A stretch of DNA of 64,000 nt from an uncultured Chthonomonadaceae bacterium (GTDB lineage: Bacteria; Armatimonadota; Chthonomonadetes; Chthonomonadales; Chthonomonadaceae), in contig CAWFQB010000001.1 in the NCBI GenBank assembly GCA_963817895.1, positions 160,001 through 224,000 on the forward strand, written 5' to 3'. Both the position numbers and the translations under genes were made by a program. Of this stretch, positions 21,316 to 32,486 are shown piece by piece. The first letter of the stretch is position 1. Every line of letters begins with the position of its first letter. The notes beneath the pieces are model-generated. The model had not been told where the DNA came from. It did no database searches and saw only the letters and a program-made list of their open reading frames with translations.

Positions 21316-22387
21316 ATGTCACGACGAGGAGATGACGAGGAGCGTTTCATGTCGCCGGGAGAACAGCCGGACGATTCGGGTGAATTGTCCTTGCGCCCGA
21401 AACGCCTGCGCGAAATGATCGGGCAGCCCAAAGCCAAGCAGAATTTAGGCATCGCCATTGAAGCCGCCAAATCGCGCGGGGAAGCGTTGGATCACGTACT
21501 CTTGTATGGCCCGCCCGGATTGGGCAAAACCACGCTCGCTAACATTATTGCCAATGAAATGGAAGTGCCGATTCGGATTACGTCCGGCCCCGCGCTGGAA
21601 AAACCGGGCGACCTTGCCGCCATATCTGACCAGTCTGGAAAAGGACAGCGTGTTTTTCATTGACGAAATCCATCGCCTGAATCGCTCCGTCGAGGAGGTT
21701 TTGTACTCGGCAATGGAGGACTTCCGGCTGGATATTATCATCGGCAAAGGTCCCGCCGCCCGAACGCTGCCTCTCACCCTTCCGCATTTTACGCTTGTCG
21801 GCGCGACCACGCGGGCGGGCATGATTTCGTCGCCCATGCGTGACCGATTCGGCATCCATCACCAGTTCGAGTTGTACAACACGGACGAACTGGATACCAT
21901 TGTCAAGCGCAGCGCGGTGATTCTGGGCGTACAGATCGAGCCGGAGGGTTCGTGGGAGATCGCGCTCCGCTCACGGGGTACGCCCCGTATCGCCAACCGG
22001 ATGCTCAAGCGCGTACGCGACTACGCGCAGTTGTTCACCAACAACATTATCACCAAAGAGGCGGCTGACGCGCAGTTAAAGAATCTGGAAGTGGACGGGT
22101 TGGGACTGGACAACCTGGACAGGCGGTTTTTGCGCGCCATAATCGAAAAGTTCGAGGGCGGACCGGTCGGATTGGACACGCTGGGCGCATTACTTGGCGA
22201 GGAAAAAGACACCTTGGAAGACATGGTAGAGCCGTACCTGATGCAGTTAGGGTTTCTAAACCGCACGAACCGGGGCCGTCTCATCACCCGCGCCGCCTGC
22301 GACCACCTGTGCCTGCCCTTCTTCGTGAAACCAAACAAGAACGATGACTGGGGCAACGGCGGCGCTGGACAGCAAAGTTTGCTGTAA
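21316..22387 (+). CDS. ruvB: Holliday junction branch migration helicase RuvB (+1 frameshift near 21625)
   Basis: [59 protein letters not shown] split over two frames. Confidence 0.96.
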
Positions 22388-22436
22388 GTCCGTGTCCTGT
22401 TTCCGCTCCGTTTGCGCTGAAAACGTAAACAAGAAT

Positions 22437-22478
22437 AAGAGGCCGTCGCGTAAACACGACGGCCTCTTGTTTTATTTT
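22437..22478. terminator. Bidirectional intrinsic terminator
   Basis: AAGAGGCCGTCG / CGACGGCCTCTT 12-bp stem, T-rich downstream and A-rich upstream, between convergent genes. Confidence 0.8.
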
Positions 22479-22497
22479 GGCGCGCATACAAACAGGT

Positions 22498-22940
22498 TTA
22501 ACGTTGCCGCTGCTTTCCGCGCCGCTGAAGCAGGAGGGAACCGCTCACGCCCAAACCAATCAGCAGAGCGAAGGAGGAGGGTTCAGGCGTGTTGGTTATA
22601 GGGGTGAGCGCCTGCGCGGTGAAGGGCGAAGAGCCGATTTCAGTTTGCGCCAGGCCGTCCACGCCGCCGATGAGCCGAAACACGCTGGAAGCCGATGTGC
22701 CTTCCGGCAAGCCGGCATCCAACGAGATGGTGAACAGCGCGATGTCCGCCGAGGAAGCGTTGGCAAGCAGCGATGTTGGCGCATTCAGGAAGAAGGGCGT
22801 GTCGTCAAAGGTAAACCCGGAGGGCAGTGAATCATTCGCCGTGCCGTTGAGAAACACCTCCGCGCCGGTCGTGTTCTGGAGAACGCCGCTAAATGTCAGA
22901 ACCGTGCCGGGCGGCCCCGTCAGCGTAGACGCGATGGCGT
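22498..22940 (-). CDS. PEP-CTERM protein (mature part only; no own start or signal peptide visible)
   Basis: TPEPSSFALLIGLGVSGSLLLQRRGKQRQR sorting signal. Confidence 0.8.
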
Positions 22941-25291
22941 ACCGAGAGTGGCGGACAGGATGGGCGAACCGTTGTTGCGATTGTACACGGCGTAGCTTGT
23001 CAGGGCGGAACCCGCGCTCGGATTTTTTATCATCAATGCGCCCAATCCCGCTCCGGCAAGGTCGCTCGTAAGCAGTGTCACCTTTATTTGCGACGGCGAC
23101 ACGAACGTTACGGTTCGGGCCGCGCCATTCCACGTCGCCTGCGTGGTCAGGTCGAAGCCGCTGCCGTTGACAACGAGATCGAAGCCGCCTGAGCCGACAA
23201 GCGTGGACGTTGGATTGAGACTGCTGATGGTGGGCGACACGCTGCTGACCGTAACCATGACGTTGGCGTTGCCCATGTTGCCCTGCGTATCCTGCGCCAC
23301 GTAGGAGAAGTAATCCACGCCGATGAAGCCGGGATTGGGCGTATAGAAGGTTTGCAGTCCATCTGTTGTCACGACGCCATGCGCGGCCTGTGTCACGGAC
23401 GCTACCGACAGCGTGGTATCTCCGACATCGTTGGTCAGCACGGGAATGTTGACCTGCGTGACGGCATGAGTGGCAGCGGTATCGTCCACATCCTTCACTT
23501 TGGCGGCGTTGACCGTCACATCGGGCGAGATTTCCGGGTTGGGCGACACATACGTCTGCACTTCCAGCACTTTGCCCGTGACGAGGGAGGTGAAGCTGAA
23601 GTTGACGTGTTTGTTTTCGCCTATCGCAATGCTGCCCGGACTGACGAGATCAGACTGACCGGGCGCGAGGACGCAGTTCACCAGGCGGTCGGTCTTGATG
23701 TGAACTTCCACGAGTTGCAGATCAATGCTGAACTCGTTGGTGATGTCAATGCCGAGATTGAAGTTCTGTCCGGCAACCACAGCATCCGGTGTCTGGAAGG
23801 CGACATTCAATTGCGGCGCGACAACCGTAATCGTGTTGGAACGCAGGGTAGACGCGAGGGGAACGCCGCTGCCGCCGAGCGCAAGGGTTCCGGTTGCGGT
23901 TCCCGTGAGTTGATACAGGCCCGCCACATCGCCGCGCACAACCCATTCCGCCTGACTGACGCTCATGGCCGGAATGGTTCCGATGGTTTTGGTGAGCGGC
24001 TGCGGCTGCCCGAACAGGGGCGGCAGGGACAGGCCGGTCGGCACAGTGAGCGTGGCATCCACGTTGTTGATGGCAAGGCTGGTGTTGTTGTTGATGAACA
24101 CAGTCGCGTCCCAGAACTGTTTGAGGACGCGAATGTCGCCTTCGATGACAATCCAGGTTTCCGCGCGAACGGCCGGGGCGCCGGTCGGGAAGTAGAACGA
24201 GTAGTAGCCGCTGAAGCCGATTTCGCCGTCATCGAAACTGCCGACAACAGTGGAACCGGGTTCAGGATGAGCGGGAATAATAACGTTGGGAACCGTTGCG
24301 TCGCCAATGCGCAGTTTCACCACGAAGTCATAAATAAAGAAGTTGCTCGGATCGTTGAGATTGATGCCGCGCGCCTGAATCTGTGCCGGGGTGAGCGGCG
24401 TGGCGGTCACGCTGCTGACTGCCAATGCCTGCCCCTGTTTCAAACTCAAGGTAACGGGGGCAAGCGCGCCATTATCCAGAATAACCGTTTGCTGATTGGG
24501 CAGATGGCCTGTCACATACGCGAAGACGGTACGCGCGCCGGGTGTAACCGTCAGCGTCACATTGCCGCCGGGGTCAGTCTGGTACAGCGTGGAAGTGTTG
24601 TCGAGCGCGACAAGGGCGTTGACAATCGGCTGATTGGTGGCATCGTCCTGCACATGCGCCACAATCTGCGTGGCGGGAACTTGATACAATTGTATCTGGA
24701 ATGGCTCGGAGAACTTTTTAGCGTTGCTGATGACATCCAGCGAAACCGGAATAACGACCGGACTGTCCGGCCCTCCTCCTGCGACATTATTGGGAATCGT
24801 CAGTCGGTAGGTAAACTGCGTCTGTTCGCCAGGTTGCAGGGGAGCGACAGGCGGCGCGGAGAGCAGCGTGACCCAGGGCGTTCCCGTAATGGCAGCCGAG
24901 GTCAGCGACTGAGGCGTGATGCCCGTGTTCTTGATGTTGACCGTAAACTCGCTGGTGTTGCCAACCCAGGTGCGCTGATCCACCACTCCAAGCAAAATGC
25001 CTGTACTTTTAATTGGCGTGGATGTAATACTGATGTTGTCAAAGTAGATATCATCGTCCGTCGAATTGCCGGGAAAGTCGTGTTGTTTGCTACAACACCG
25101 ATACCAGCCATCCTGACCGTTGACACCTGGAAAGGGATGGGTCGGCCCTGTTGCCAGACTGTCAAAGTTGGTTTGATAGAGGGTTTCTGCGTATGTTGGT
25201 TGGGGAACTGCCAGTAAATTCAGGCAGAGCAGAGAAGTAAAAGGAGGCGGACAGGCACTCCCAACCGATGAAAACCTTTGAAAGTGTCCAT
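22920..25291 (-). CDS. Large secreted Ig-like/carboxypeptidase-regulatory/Big_9-repeat protein; frameshift in the signal peptide (~25240), C-terminus truncated or frameshifted
   Basis: AAGGGAG RBS then MDTFKG...; VLTND...AAHGVV...YTPNPGFIGVDYFSY (Big_9/cadherin-like); PTISSLNP...NGSGF (IPT/TIG-like). Confidence 0.75.
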
Positions 25292-25435
25292 GTGGGTTCT
25301 CCCTTATCGCAAAACGTCAGCAAATGTGAAGCCACTTGACGGCGCAATTGGTAGCGATATGTGTAATGCTGATGATGGCGTAGAAACAGCTTTGCTTCGA
25401 AAACGGCGGTTCCTGTCCGCAGGGATGGTAGCGCC

Positions 25436-25786
25436 CTATTTTTCGAGGATGACTACGTAACCGGTAAAGATGCCATTGCCTGAGCCGGATGTCGAAGGAA
25501 CAACGGAGTGAAGTTTCCAGCCCTGCGCAGGAAAACCATGTAGGGCAATTGCCATATCGTTTGCGCCTAATATGACGCTTCCCGCCCCGTTAGGAACTAA
25601 TTCCCCCTTTTCCGTTTGGGCAACGACAGCGTAGCTTTTGTAGGAGGCTGCCGCCGGTGTCCCTGCTTTGTGTTTCGATTGCGCGAAGGCAGGTAATGCG
25701 GCAAATACTGGGCTAACAAGATGCCCCCATATTCCCACCACCAATAGTGTCAGCATGATCTTCATGTAGCGATCCGCGCGTTGCAT
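25436..25786 (-). CDS. Small exported hypothetical protein
   Basis: AAGGAG RBS; N-terminal hydrophobic segment; C-terminal QGWKLHSVV...YVVILEK (DUF4177-like). Confidence 0.65.
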   Translation of the reverse strand: MQRADRYMKIMLTLLVVGIWGHLVSPVFAALPAFAQSKHKAGTPAAASYKSYAVVAQTEKGELVPNGAGSVILGANDMAIALHGFPAQGWKLHSVVPSTSGSGNGIFTGYVVILEK

Positions 25787-25835
25787 TCCATGTCTCCTTT
25801 GTGCCTTATTTGCGTAGGATGGTTTTGCTGCTCAA

Positions 25836-25947
25836 GAGCCTTTCAACAAAATAGCCGTTCCAGTCCGCGCAGGCGGACTTTGTTACCGGGCGTCCACCCG
25901 CAGGGAAGGACACAACCGCGAGTTTCAACTCACGGTTTGAAGCACAG
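25836..25947 (+). mobile_element. Degenerate copy of the MITE found at 55650
   Basis: GAGCCTTTCAACAAAATAGCCGTTCCAGTCCGCGCAGGCGGACTTTGTTACC aligns with the MITE left end; no right TIR seen. Confidence 0.65.
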
Positions 25948-26109
25948 CCGTGAGAATAGTATAGAAACCTACCGTTACACAATCGCGCTAACATTGAGCA
26001 GAGAAATTAACGAGTCGGCAATTTTTGCAGGATTTTTGTGGCGGCTTGCCTAATTGGTGTTGTACGGCGGCTTGCTTATTGTTGCAAGGCTTTGTTATGG
26101 AGAGAACGG

Positions 26110-28782
26110 ATGATGGCGGCACAGTGGCGGATCGAGATGTTGGGGAACCTGCGCGCGAGTGACGGGACGCGGATGCTGCATCAGTTTCGCACGGGTAAAA
26201 CCGGCCTGCTGCTGGCTTATCTTGCCCATTCCAAACGGGCGCAAAATCGAGATGCGCTTGCCGCCCTGTTCTGGCCCGACGCCGACCCGCAAAAGGGACG
26301 TCTCAGCCTGCGCAGCAGTCTGGCGGCGTTGAAGCGTGAGATGGAGGGCGCGGCGATCCAAAACGCGCAGGCCGAGGCTTCGGAATCTAATAGTTCGACA
26401 GACGATTCCGATGCGTTGCTGTTTCTTGCCGACCGCGTTTGCCTGCAACTCAATCCGGTTCGCTATATGACTGATGTGCAGGAATTCGAGGCCGCCCTGC
26501 GCGAGGCCAGGCGCGCCTCCTCTAATGAGGATAAAATAGAAAAGTTGTATGCCGCGCGCGAGTTGTATCGGGGCGCGTTCCTGCCGGGGTATGCGATGCC
26601 GATTTGCGAAGACGAGGAGATGGAATCCGGCGAAATGGACTGGATTGCGGTAGAGCGCAGGCGTGTGGAAGTGGCCTTCGGGGACGCGCTGGAAACACTG
26701 GCGGACTTGCTGGAAAAGCAGGGGAATGGGCGCGACGCGCTGGAAATCACGCTGAATGCCCTTGCCCACGACGCTTACGACGAACGGCAGCAGCAGCGGC
26801 TTTTACGGGCCATGACGCGGGACGGACAAAAACGGTTTCCCGCCGCGCAAGCCGCCAGACTGAAAGCCGCGCTTGCATCCACAGAACCGCTTCCCCCGGA
26901 ATTGCTTGCCAGCCTGACGCGGCATCTGCGCGCGGTTCACCATTCGGGACACAAAGCCACGCGGGATGAAACGCAGCTTTTCACTGCCGCGCTGGAAACC
27001 GCGTATCTAACGCTGACACCCGACGCGCAGCGATTTTACGCCCGCCTCTCCGTTTTTACCGGCAGCTTCACGGCAGAACAGGCGCAGGCCATTGGCGACG
27101 AGCCGGCAGCCGTTTCCCTGCTTCAACAGATGGCCGGTCAGTTGGTAGGTGTCGAACCCGACAGCCGCTATAGCCTGTCAGAACCGGCGCGCGAATTCGC
27201 GCGCCGCCGATTACGCGCCGATGCCCGCGGTCCTCTCGCGAAACGCCATGCCCGGTACTTTCTGGCGCAATGCGAGGCAGCAAACCGCCGATTGGAATCC
27301 GCGCGAAACCCGCCCGAAGCGGACGCATTGCGGCACGACAAAATCAATACGCTTGCCGCGCTGACATGGACGCTGACGGAAACGAATGACAAAGCCGCGA
27401 ACGATCTGGAAACCGGGCTGCAAATGCTGTACGCCCTGACCCACTTTTGGGCAGTGTGGGAATCTCCGGCAATCTGGCGGCAATGGCTAAACAGCGCGCT
27501 GCATTATGCCCCGCGCCTGAATGTGGAACAACGCTGTCGCCTGCTGTTTTATGCGGGCGAAATGGCGTTTTTCCATGCCGACCATGCCGTTGCCTTTGCC
27601 CGGTTTATGGAATGGTCAACGCTTGCGCGGGAAACATCGAGCGGCATCAGCGAACAAAGCAGCGCTGCTGCGGGTATGCTGAACCGCCTTGGGAATGTGG
27701 CGCACCAACAGGAACGCGGCGCGGACGCCATCGCCGCCCATAAAGCGTGTCTGCATCTCTACCGGGTCAACGGCTTCACCGGCGGACAGGCTACGGTTTG
27801 CGCCGATTATGCGGACGCGCTTTTGGTTCAGGGACAAACGCAAAAAGCAAAGGCGTTGTATGACGAAGCGCTGGATTTATGTCGGCAGCACAGACTACTG
27901 GCGGAAATGGCTTCCGTGCTGCATCGCGCTGCGCAGGAACGCAAGCAGGCCGGGGATTATCCGACCGCGCGCCGCTATTTGAACGAGGGATTTCTAATCC
28001 AACAGGAAATACATGCGGATGTCAATCGAACTCACATCCTTGCCGATCATCTGCGCGGGATGGGCATTTTGCACAGCGATCAGGGCAACTACGCCGAAGC
28101 CCTGGCCCTCCTGACCCAAAGCGTGGAAACCTATCGCTGTCTGAAACATGATACCAGCCGAACGGCGGCGCAGGGTAGTTTGGGAGACGCGTATCTGCGC
28201 CTGGGCCAGATCCAACGCGCTTTGCCGTACTATGAAGAGGGATTGGCTGTTTGGCGCGAACAGAATCACCGTCGCTGGCAGGCCGTTTTCCTCTGCCGCC
28301 TGGCTCTTGCCGCCTACTACCAGGCAAGGAATGAAGACGCCAACAGATATTGTGAGGAGGCCATTGAACTCTGTCCCGATTCGCACGGCCCGCCTACCTT
28401 TGCTTCTGCCCTCCATTTGCAGGCGCGATTGCTGCTGCGATCCGGCAAGGTGGCGCAGGCGGAAGCCCTGTGTCAGCGCAGTCTGGCCGTTCGGCAACGC
28501 TGCGGATACCGGCGGCAGGTCGCGGAGAGTCTGGAACTGCTGGCAGTCCTGGCGGTTTGCCAGCAAGAATTCCAACGCAGCGCTCAAATGCTCGGCTGCG
28601 CTGATGCTTTGCGCGCTGCCATGCAGGCTCCTATTCCCCCTGTAGACCATGTCGAACACGAACAAACGATTCAGGCGGCGCGTTCGGCGTTGAGGCCGCC
28701 AGAGTGGGAAACGGCTATGCGCGAAGGCCGCAGCGTAAGCGAAAGCAGTGACATTCTCCTTGTGTTCGGACGCCTTTCGTAG
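26110..28782 (+). CDS. AfsR/SARP-type regulator (wHTH, BTAD, TPR) without a P-loop ATPase domain
   Basis: WRIEMLG, LLLAYLA, LAALFWPD, TDVQEFE, LYRGAFLPG; RLSVFTGSFT winged helix; long TPR array. Confidence 0.88.
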   Translation: MMAAQWRIEMLGNLRASDGTRMLHQFRTGKTGLLLAYLAHSKRAQNRDALAALFWPDADPQKGRLSLRSSLAALKREMEGAAIQNAQAEASESNSSTDDSDALLFLADRVCLQLNPVRYMTDVQEFEAALREARRASSNEDKIEKLYAARELYRGAFLPGYAMPICEDEEMESGEMDWIAVERRRVEVAFGDALETLADLLEKQGNGRDALEITLNALAHDAYDERQQQRLLRAMTRDGQKRFPAAQAARLKAALASTEPLPPELLASLTRHLRAVHHSGHKATRDETQLFTAALETAYLTLTPDAQRFYARLSVFTGSFTAEQAQAIGDEPAAVSLLQQMAGQLVGVEPDSRYSLSEPAREFARRRLRADARGPLAKRHARYFLAQCEAANRRLESARNPPEADALRHDKINTLAALTWTLTETNDKAANDLETGLQMLYALTHFWAVWESPAIWRQWLNSALHYAPRLNVEQRCRLLFYAGEMAFFHADHAVAFARFMEWSTLARETSSGISEQSSAAAGMLNRLGNVAHQQERGADAIAAHKACLHLYRVNGFTGGQATVCADYADALLVQGQTQKAKALYDEALDLCRQHRLLAEMASVLHRAAQERKQAGDYPTARRYLNEGFLIQQEIHADVNRTHILADHLRGMGILHSDQGNYAEALALLTQSVETYRCLKHDTSRTAAQGSLGDAYLRLGQIQRALPYYEEGLAVWREQNHRRWQAVFLCRLALAAYYQARNEDANRYCEEAIELCPDSHGPPTFASALHLQARLLLRSGKVAQAEALCQRSLAVRQRCGYRRQVAESLELLAVLAVCQQEFQRSAQMLGCADALRAAMQAPIPPVDHVEHEQTIQAARSALRPPEWETAMREGRSVSESSDILLVFGRLS

Positions 28783-28828
28783 TGGCTTCCTCAACCCGTG
28801 CTATAATAAGGCAGGAGGAATCCCAGCC

Positions 28829-29088
28829 ATGCAATCTGCCCTGAAACTGAAAACCACCATTCTGCCCGGTCATCGCATTGAAGTCACTTCGCCCGGACTG
28901 CCGGAAACCGGAGAAGTGGAACTCATCATCGTTCTGCCGGAACCTGCTGCGCCAACGCTTGAAGAGCCGCGCAAGTTTAAAAGCGTAATGGAATTTCTAA
29001 ATTCTCTGACGTCGGTACAGCGCACTCCTGAAGAGTGGGCGGAAGTGGAACGCCAGATACAAGAGGAAAAAATTCGTGGGATTGCTGA
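28829..29088 (+). CDS. Putative antitoxin (VapB-like); one-base frameshift in an A run near 29070, end approximate
   Basis: TATAAT at 28802 and AGGAGG RBS; TTILPGHRIEV...EVELIIV; tail EEWAEVERQIQEEKNSWD after correction; precedes a PIN remnant. Confidence 0.65.
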
Positions 29089-29222
29089 AAACGCCGGACG
29101 CTATTCATGCGGCGACGGCAATAAAGGCCGGGTGCGCGTTGTTTGTCACCAATGATCTGGGATTTAAGCGCGTACCCGGCCTGCGGCTTGCGATTTTAGA
29201 TGAGGTTCTGGCTGCGCCCTGA
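29085..29222 (+). pseudogene. vapC: C-terminal remnant of a PIN-domain (VapC) toxin
   Basis: Manual translation LKTPDAIHAATAIKAGCALFVTNDLGFKRVPGLRLAILDEVLAAP*; N-terminal part absent. Confidence 0.8.
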
Positions 29223-29232
29223 ACATGGAGTA

Positions 29233-30239
29233 TCAGGCGGCAAGGTCGAAATTGCGCGCGTACAGGTCGGCGATTTGCGCCAGTTCATCCGAGGTGAGCG
29301 GGGGCGTGTCGGACGCGGCGGCGAGTTCTTCCAAAAGCGGCTCGTCGTAGATGTTGGGCAGGGCGGACGCGAGGGCGGGCTGCGCCAGCAGGAACTGAAT
29401 CGCCACCTGTCCCAATGTGCGGCCCGTGCCTTCCGTCAGAAAACGCAACTGCGCGATTTTCTTCACGCCGTCCAGTTGCCATTTCTTTTTGGCCTCATCC
29501 GTCGTGACGCGGAAGCGGCGGTGGTCGTTGGGCGCGAACTCCGTATCGTTATCCACGCGTCCCAGCAGCAGGTCGGAGGAGTGGGGGACGCGCACAATAA
29601 TGCCCGTGCCGTGCTGCGCGGCAAACGGGACACAGCGGCTCGCCCAGCACCTGTTCCAGCAGATTGTAAATGATCTGGATCGTGGCATGGCGCTTTTCAA
29701 TGGCGTACAGCCCCTCGTCTATCTGACGGTCGGGCAGCAGGGCCGGGCCGAGCGCGGCTCCATACGCGCGGATTTTACCCTCCGCTTTCAGTTCTTCCAG
29801 CGTGGCGAACGTATCGTCGCGCGCCAGCGCGTCCACGCGGGGATTGTGCAGTTGGTACAGATCAATGCGATCCGTTTTCAGGCGGCGCAGACTTGCCTCG
29901 CAGGCTTTGCGAATATACGCGGGCGACCAGTCGTGCGGGCGCTCGCGCTGCCCCGGCTGCAAGCCCGGACGTGGTATAAAAATCATAGCCGAATTTCGTG
30001 GCGATGACGATCTCGTCCCGGCGATTGCCCAGTGCGTCCGCCAGCAGGGTTTCGCCCTTGCCATCGCCGTACACATCGGCGGTATCATAAAACGTCACGC
30101 CCAGATCAAAGGCGCGGCGCAGCAGATGCAGCCCCACCGCATCGTCTTCAATGCCCCACATCGTTGTGGAAACCGTCCACACGCCGAAACCAACGGCGGA
30201 AACGGTCAAGCCCGTATCACCCAGAGCGCGATATTGCAT
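29233..30239 (-). CDS. Aldo/keto reductase (two frameshifts)
   Basis: [61 protein letters not shown] across three frames. Confidence 0.92.
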
Positions 30240-30600
30240 GGCAGTGCCTCCTGAACCCTTTTCCTGTTTTGCCCGACAAAAAGATGGTAGCGTACCCGCG
30301 CGCCGCCTGTCAAGCGGAATTGTGTTTTGCGCCTGCTTTGAGTGCGCGGACACAACAAGCGGCCACAACCTGTACCGGAAGAGGACCCAACAAGTTGTGT
30401 CACTGCGAACGCTTATTTGAATGGTACTGGTGTTAGAGTCATAATCCGTTCCGGTGTTACGGGTTTGGAAGCAAACGGCGATTGCTCGCTTGCGCGTTCG
30501 CAGGCGTTGACTTCTTTTGCGAACTATGATACACTGTGCCAATCATGCCACTCCACTCTTGCCGGTTGTGAGCCGATTCTGTTAAGGAAGGGGTTCTTCT

Positions 30601-32218
30601 ATGATAAGCCGCAATGCCGTTCGACTGGCCGCCAGCGCCCTCGCGCTCGGCAGTCTGACTTCCCTGAGCGGGCGCGCCCATGCGCAGGGCGCTCCATTCA
30701 CCATTCGCCGTCCGCCGGATGGCGCGACCGTGCGCGAAAAAGTGCGCGTTGAAATTCCCGCAGGCCAGCATCGGCGAAAAAAGTTTTGTCGTCGTGTATC
30801 TGGACGGCAAATTCGATGCCGCCCTGGACCCGCAAGCGCCTGCAGGATGCTGCCGTCAGCGGAAGCACGACGCAGAGACGAAGAAGCCGGAAAGCCGCTT
30901 TTTCACCTTTATCTGGGATACCAAAGCGGAAGGCGTTTCCGACGGGCAGCACTCCGTGCGCGTTGTGCTGTTCGATCCCGGTCGAGGGGGCCGCGCGAAT
31001 CTGGGCGTAACGCAGCGCGCCACCAGCGAAGTGAAGCTCACCGTCGCCAACAAAATCAAGGATGGTCCCTCCAGCCTGCGCCTGCGCTACAAATATCCCG
31101 AAGGCAAAAACATCGAATACGAGCGGACGAGCAAGACGGTGCGCGCCGATGCCGGTTCGCTGACCAAGGTGAGCGCGGATCAGGAACTGACGTCCATCAA
31201 CAGCAAACTGCTGCTCGGCATCCTCAGCAACGATCCGCGACCGGGCTGTCTCTGGTGCGCAACAAACTGACCAAACTGGCCGTGTTGAGCGGCGGGCAGG
31301 AAGCGGAGCTATCCCGACAAAGATTTGTCCACAGTCCATGTATCAGGAACTGGACGCGCAGGGCCGGGTCAATTACGAGACGGGCGTGCTGACGGGGATT
31401 GAATTTGCCGGCCTGCCCGTAGACGCCACCATCGAACTGCCGGTGATGCCCACGGCGGCGGTTTCCGTCGGCCAGACGTGGACTTCGCCCGACCAGCGCA
31501 TTGACGTTCCCGGCCTGCCGCCGGTTTTGCAGCCGCACGTGAAATTTCAGAACACGCTGGTGGACCTGGAATGGGAAGGCAACTATCGCACGGCCAAAAT
31601 TCATCAGCATGCCGACGATGTGAAACTGCCGGCCACAATCACCGTCGAGGGCCTTCCCATCATGTCGCCGACGTGTACCTACGACCGCGACATTTACATC
31701 GCGTACACATCCGGCACACTGGTTCGCATGACGCGCACACTGACCATCAAAGGGCGCACCAACGTGGCAGCTTCTGAAGGCGGCATGCCCGGTGGCGGCG
31801 TTGGCGGCGGCTGTTCAGCGGCGGACTGCTCGGCGGCGGCGGCAATCGCCCGCCCGGCGTATCCCGGCAGTTTCGGCGGTGGAGCGCCTCCCGGTATGTT
31901 CGGCAACTGCGGCGGCTTCCCCGGTTCGGGCGGATCCCGGTTCGCGGCGGTGGCCCGGTTCGGGCGGTTTTCCGCGGCTCCGGTGGCGGCAGACGGGGGC
32001 GTGAGGGGACGGCCGGATGCCTGGCAGCGGCGGTCAGGGCCGGCGCTGAGCGACGCGGTTCGCCGGGCTCCGGCGGCGGCACTCAGGGCGCGGCGGCCTG
32101 ATTTGGCGGCGGCGGTGGCGGGCAGGGCTTCGGCTCCGGCCTTAATGCGCAGACGGATTATCCCGATACCATCAAAGCCACCAACGACACGCAACTGCTG
32201 CGCATCACGTCAGCGTAG
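30601..32218 (+). CDS. Secreted hypothetical protein with Ig-like N-terminus and Gly-rich C-terminus (multiple frameshifts)
   Basis: Signal peptide (AHA-Q); IRRPPDGATVREKV, FIWDTK...DGQH; continues through ORFs 30680 and 31338. Confidence 0.65.
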
Positions 32219-32271
32219 CAGTTGGATCTGAACAACCTGAGGGACTGAGATTAAAATCGTTCCGGTCAAAC

Positions 32272-32310
32272 AACGCGCCGCAAACGCAGTCCTTGCGCTT
32301 GCGGCGCGTT
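32272..32310 (+). terminator. Hairpin downstream of the secreted protein gene
   Basis: AACGCGCCGCAA...TTGCGGCGCGTT 12-bp stem. Confidence 0.5.
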
Positions 32311-32486
32311 TGCCTGTATACTGCAGGATAAGCGAACATTTGTAGGGACTGCTGACGAGATCGTCGCATGTGCAGAAGCGTAACAATGTGGAGTGAAGAC
32401 TGTCAGAGCATCATCAACGGCGCGGCAGATCACAAAGCAGGGAACACAGCTGTTACAATCGTAGCAGGCAGGAGGCATGGAGAAAC

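Noticed and set aside
21600..21640. Programmed frameshift or split ruvB
   Set aside because: No slippery sequence; a single extra base explains it, and similar indels are widespread in the window
23352..25217. 621-aa plus-strand ORF and other long antisense ORFs (e.g. 4553-5620, 39968-41050)
   Set aside because: Antisense shadows of well-supported genes in GC-rich coding DNA; no motifs
32340..32470. Possible ribozyme or riboswitch upstream of tatC (contains CTGACGAG)
   Set aside because: No matching GAAA core or convincing stems for a hammerhead, and the region is error-prone; an Rfam/Infernal scan would settle it
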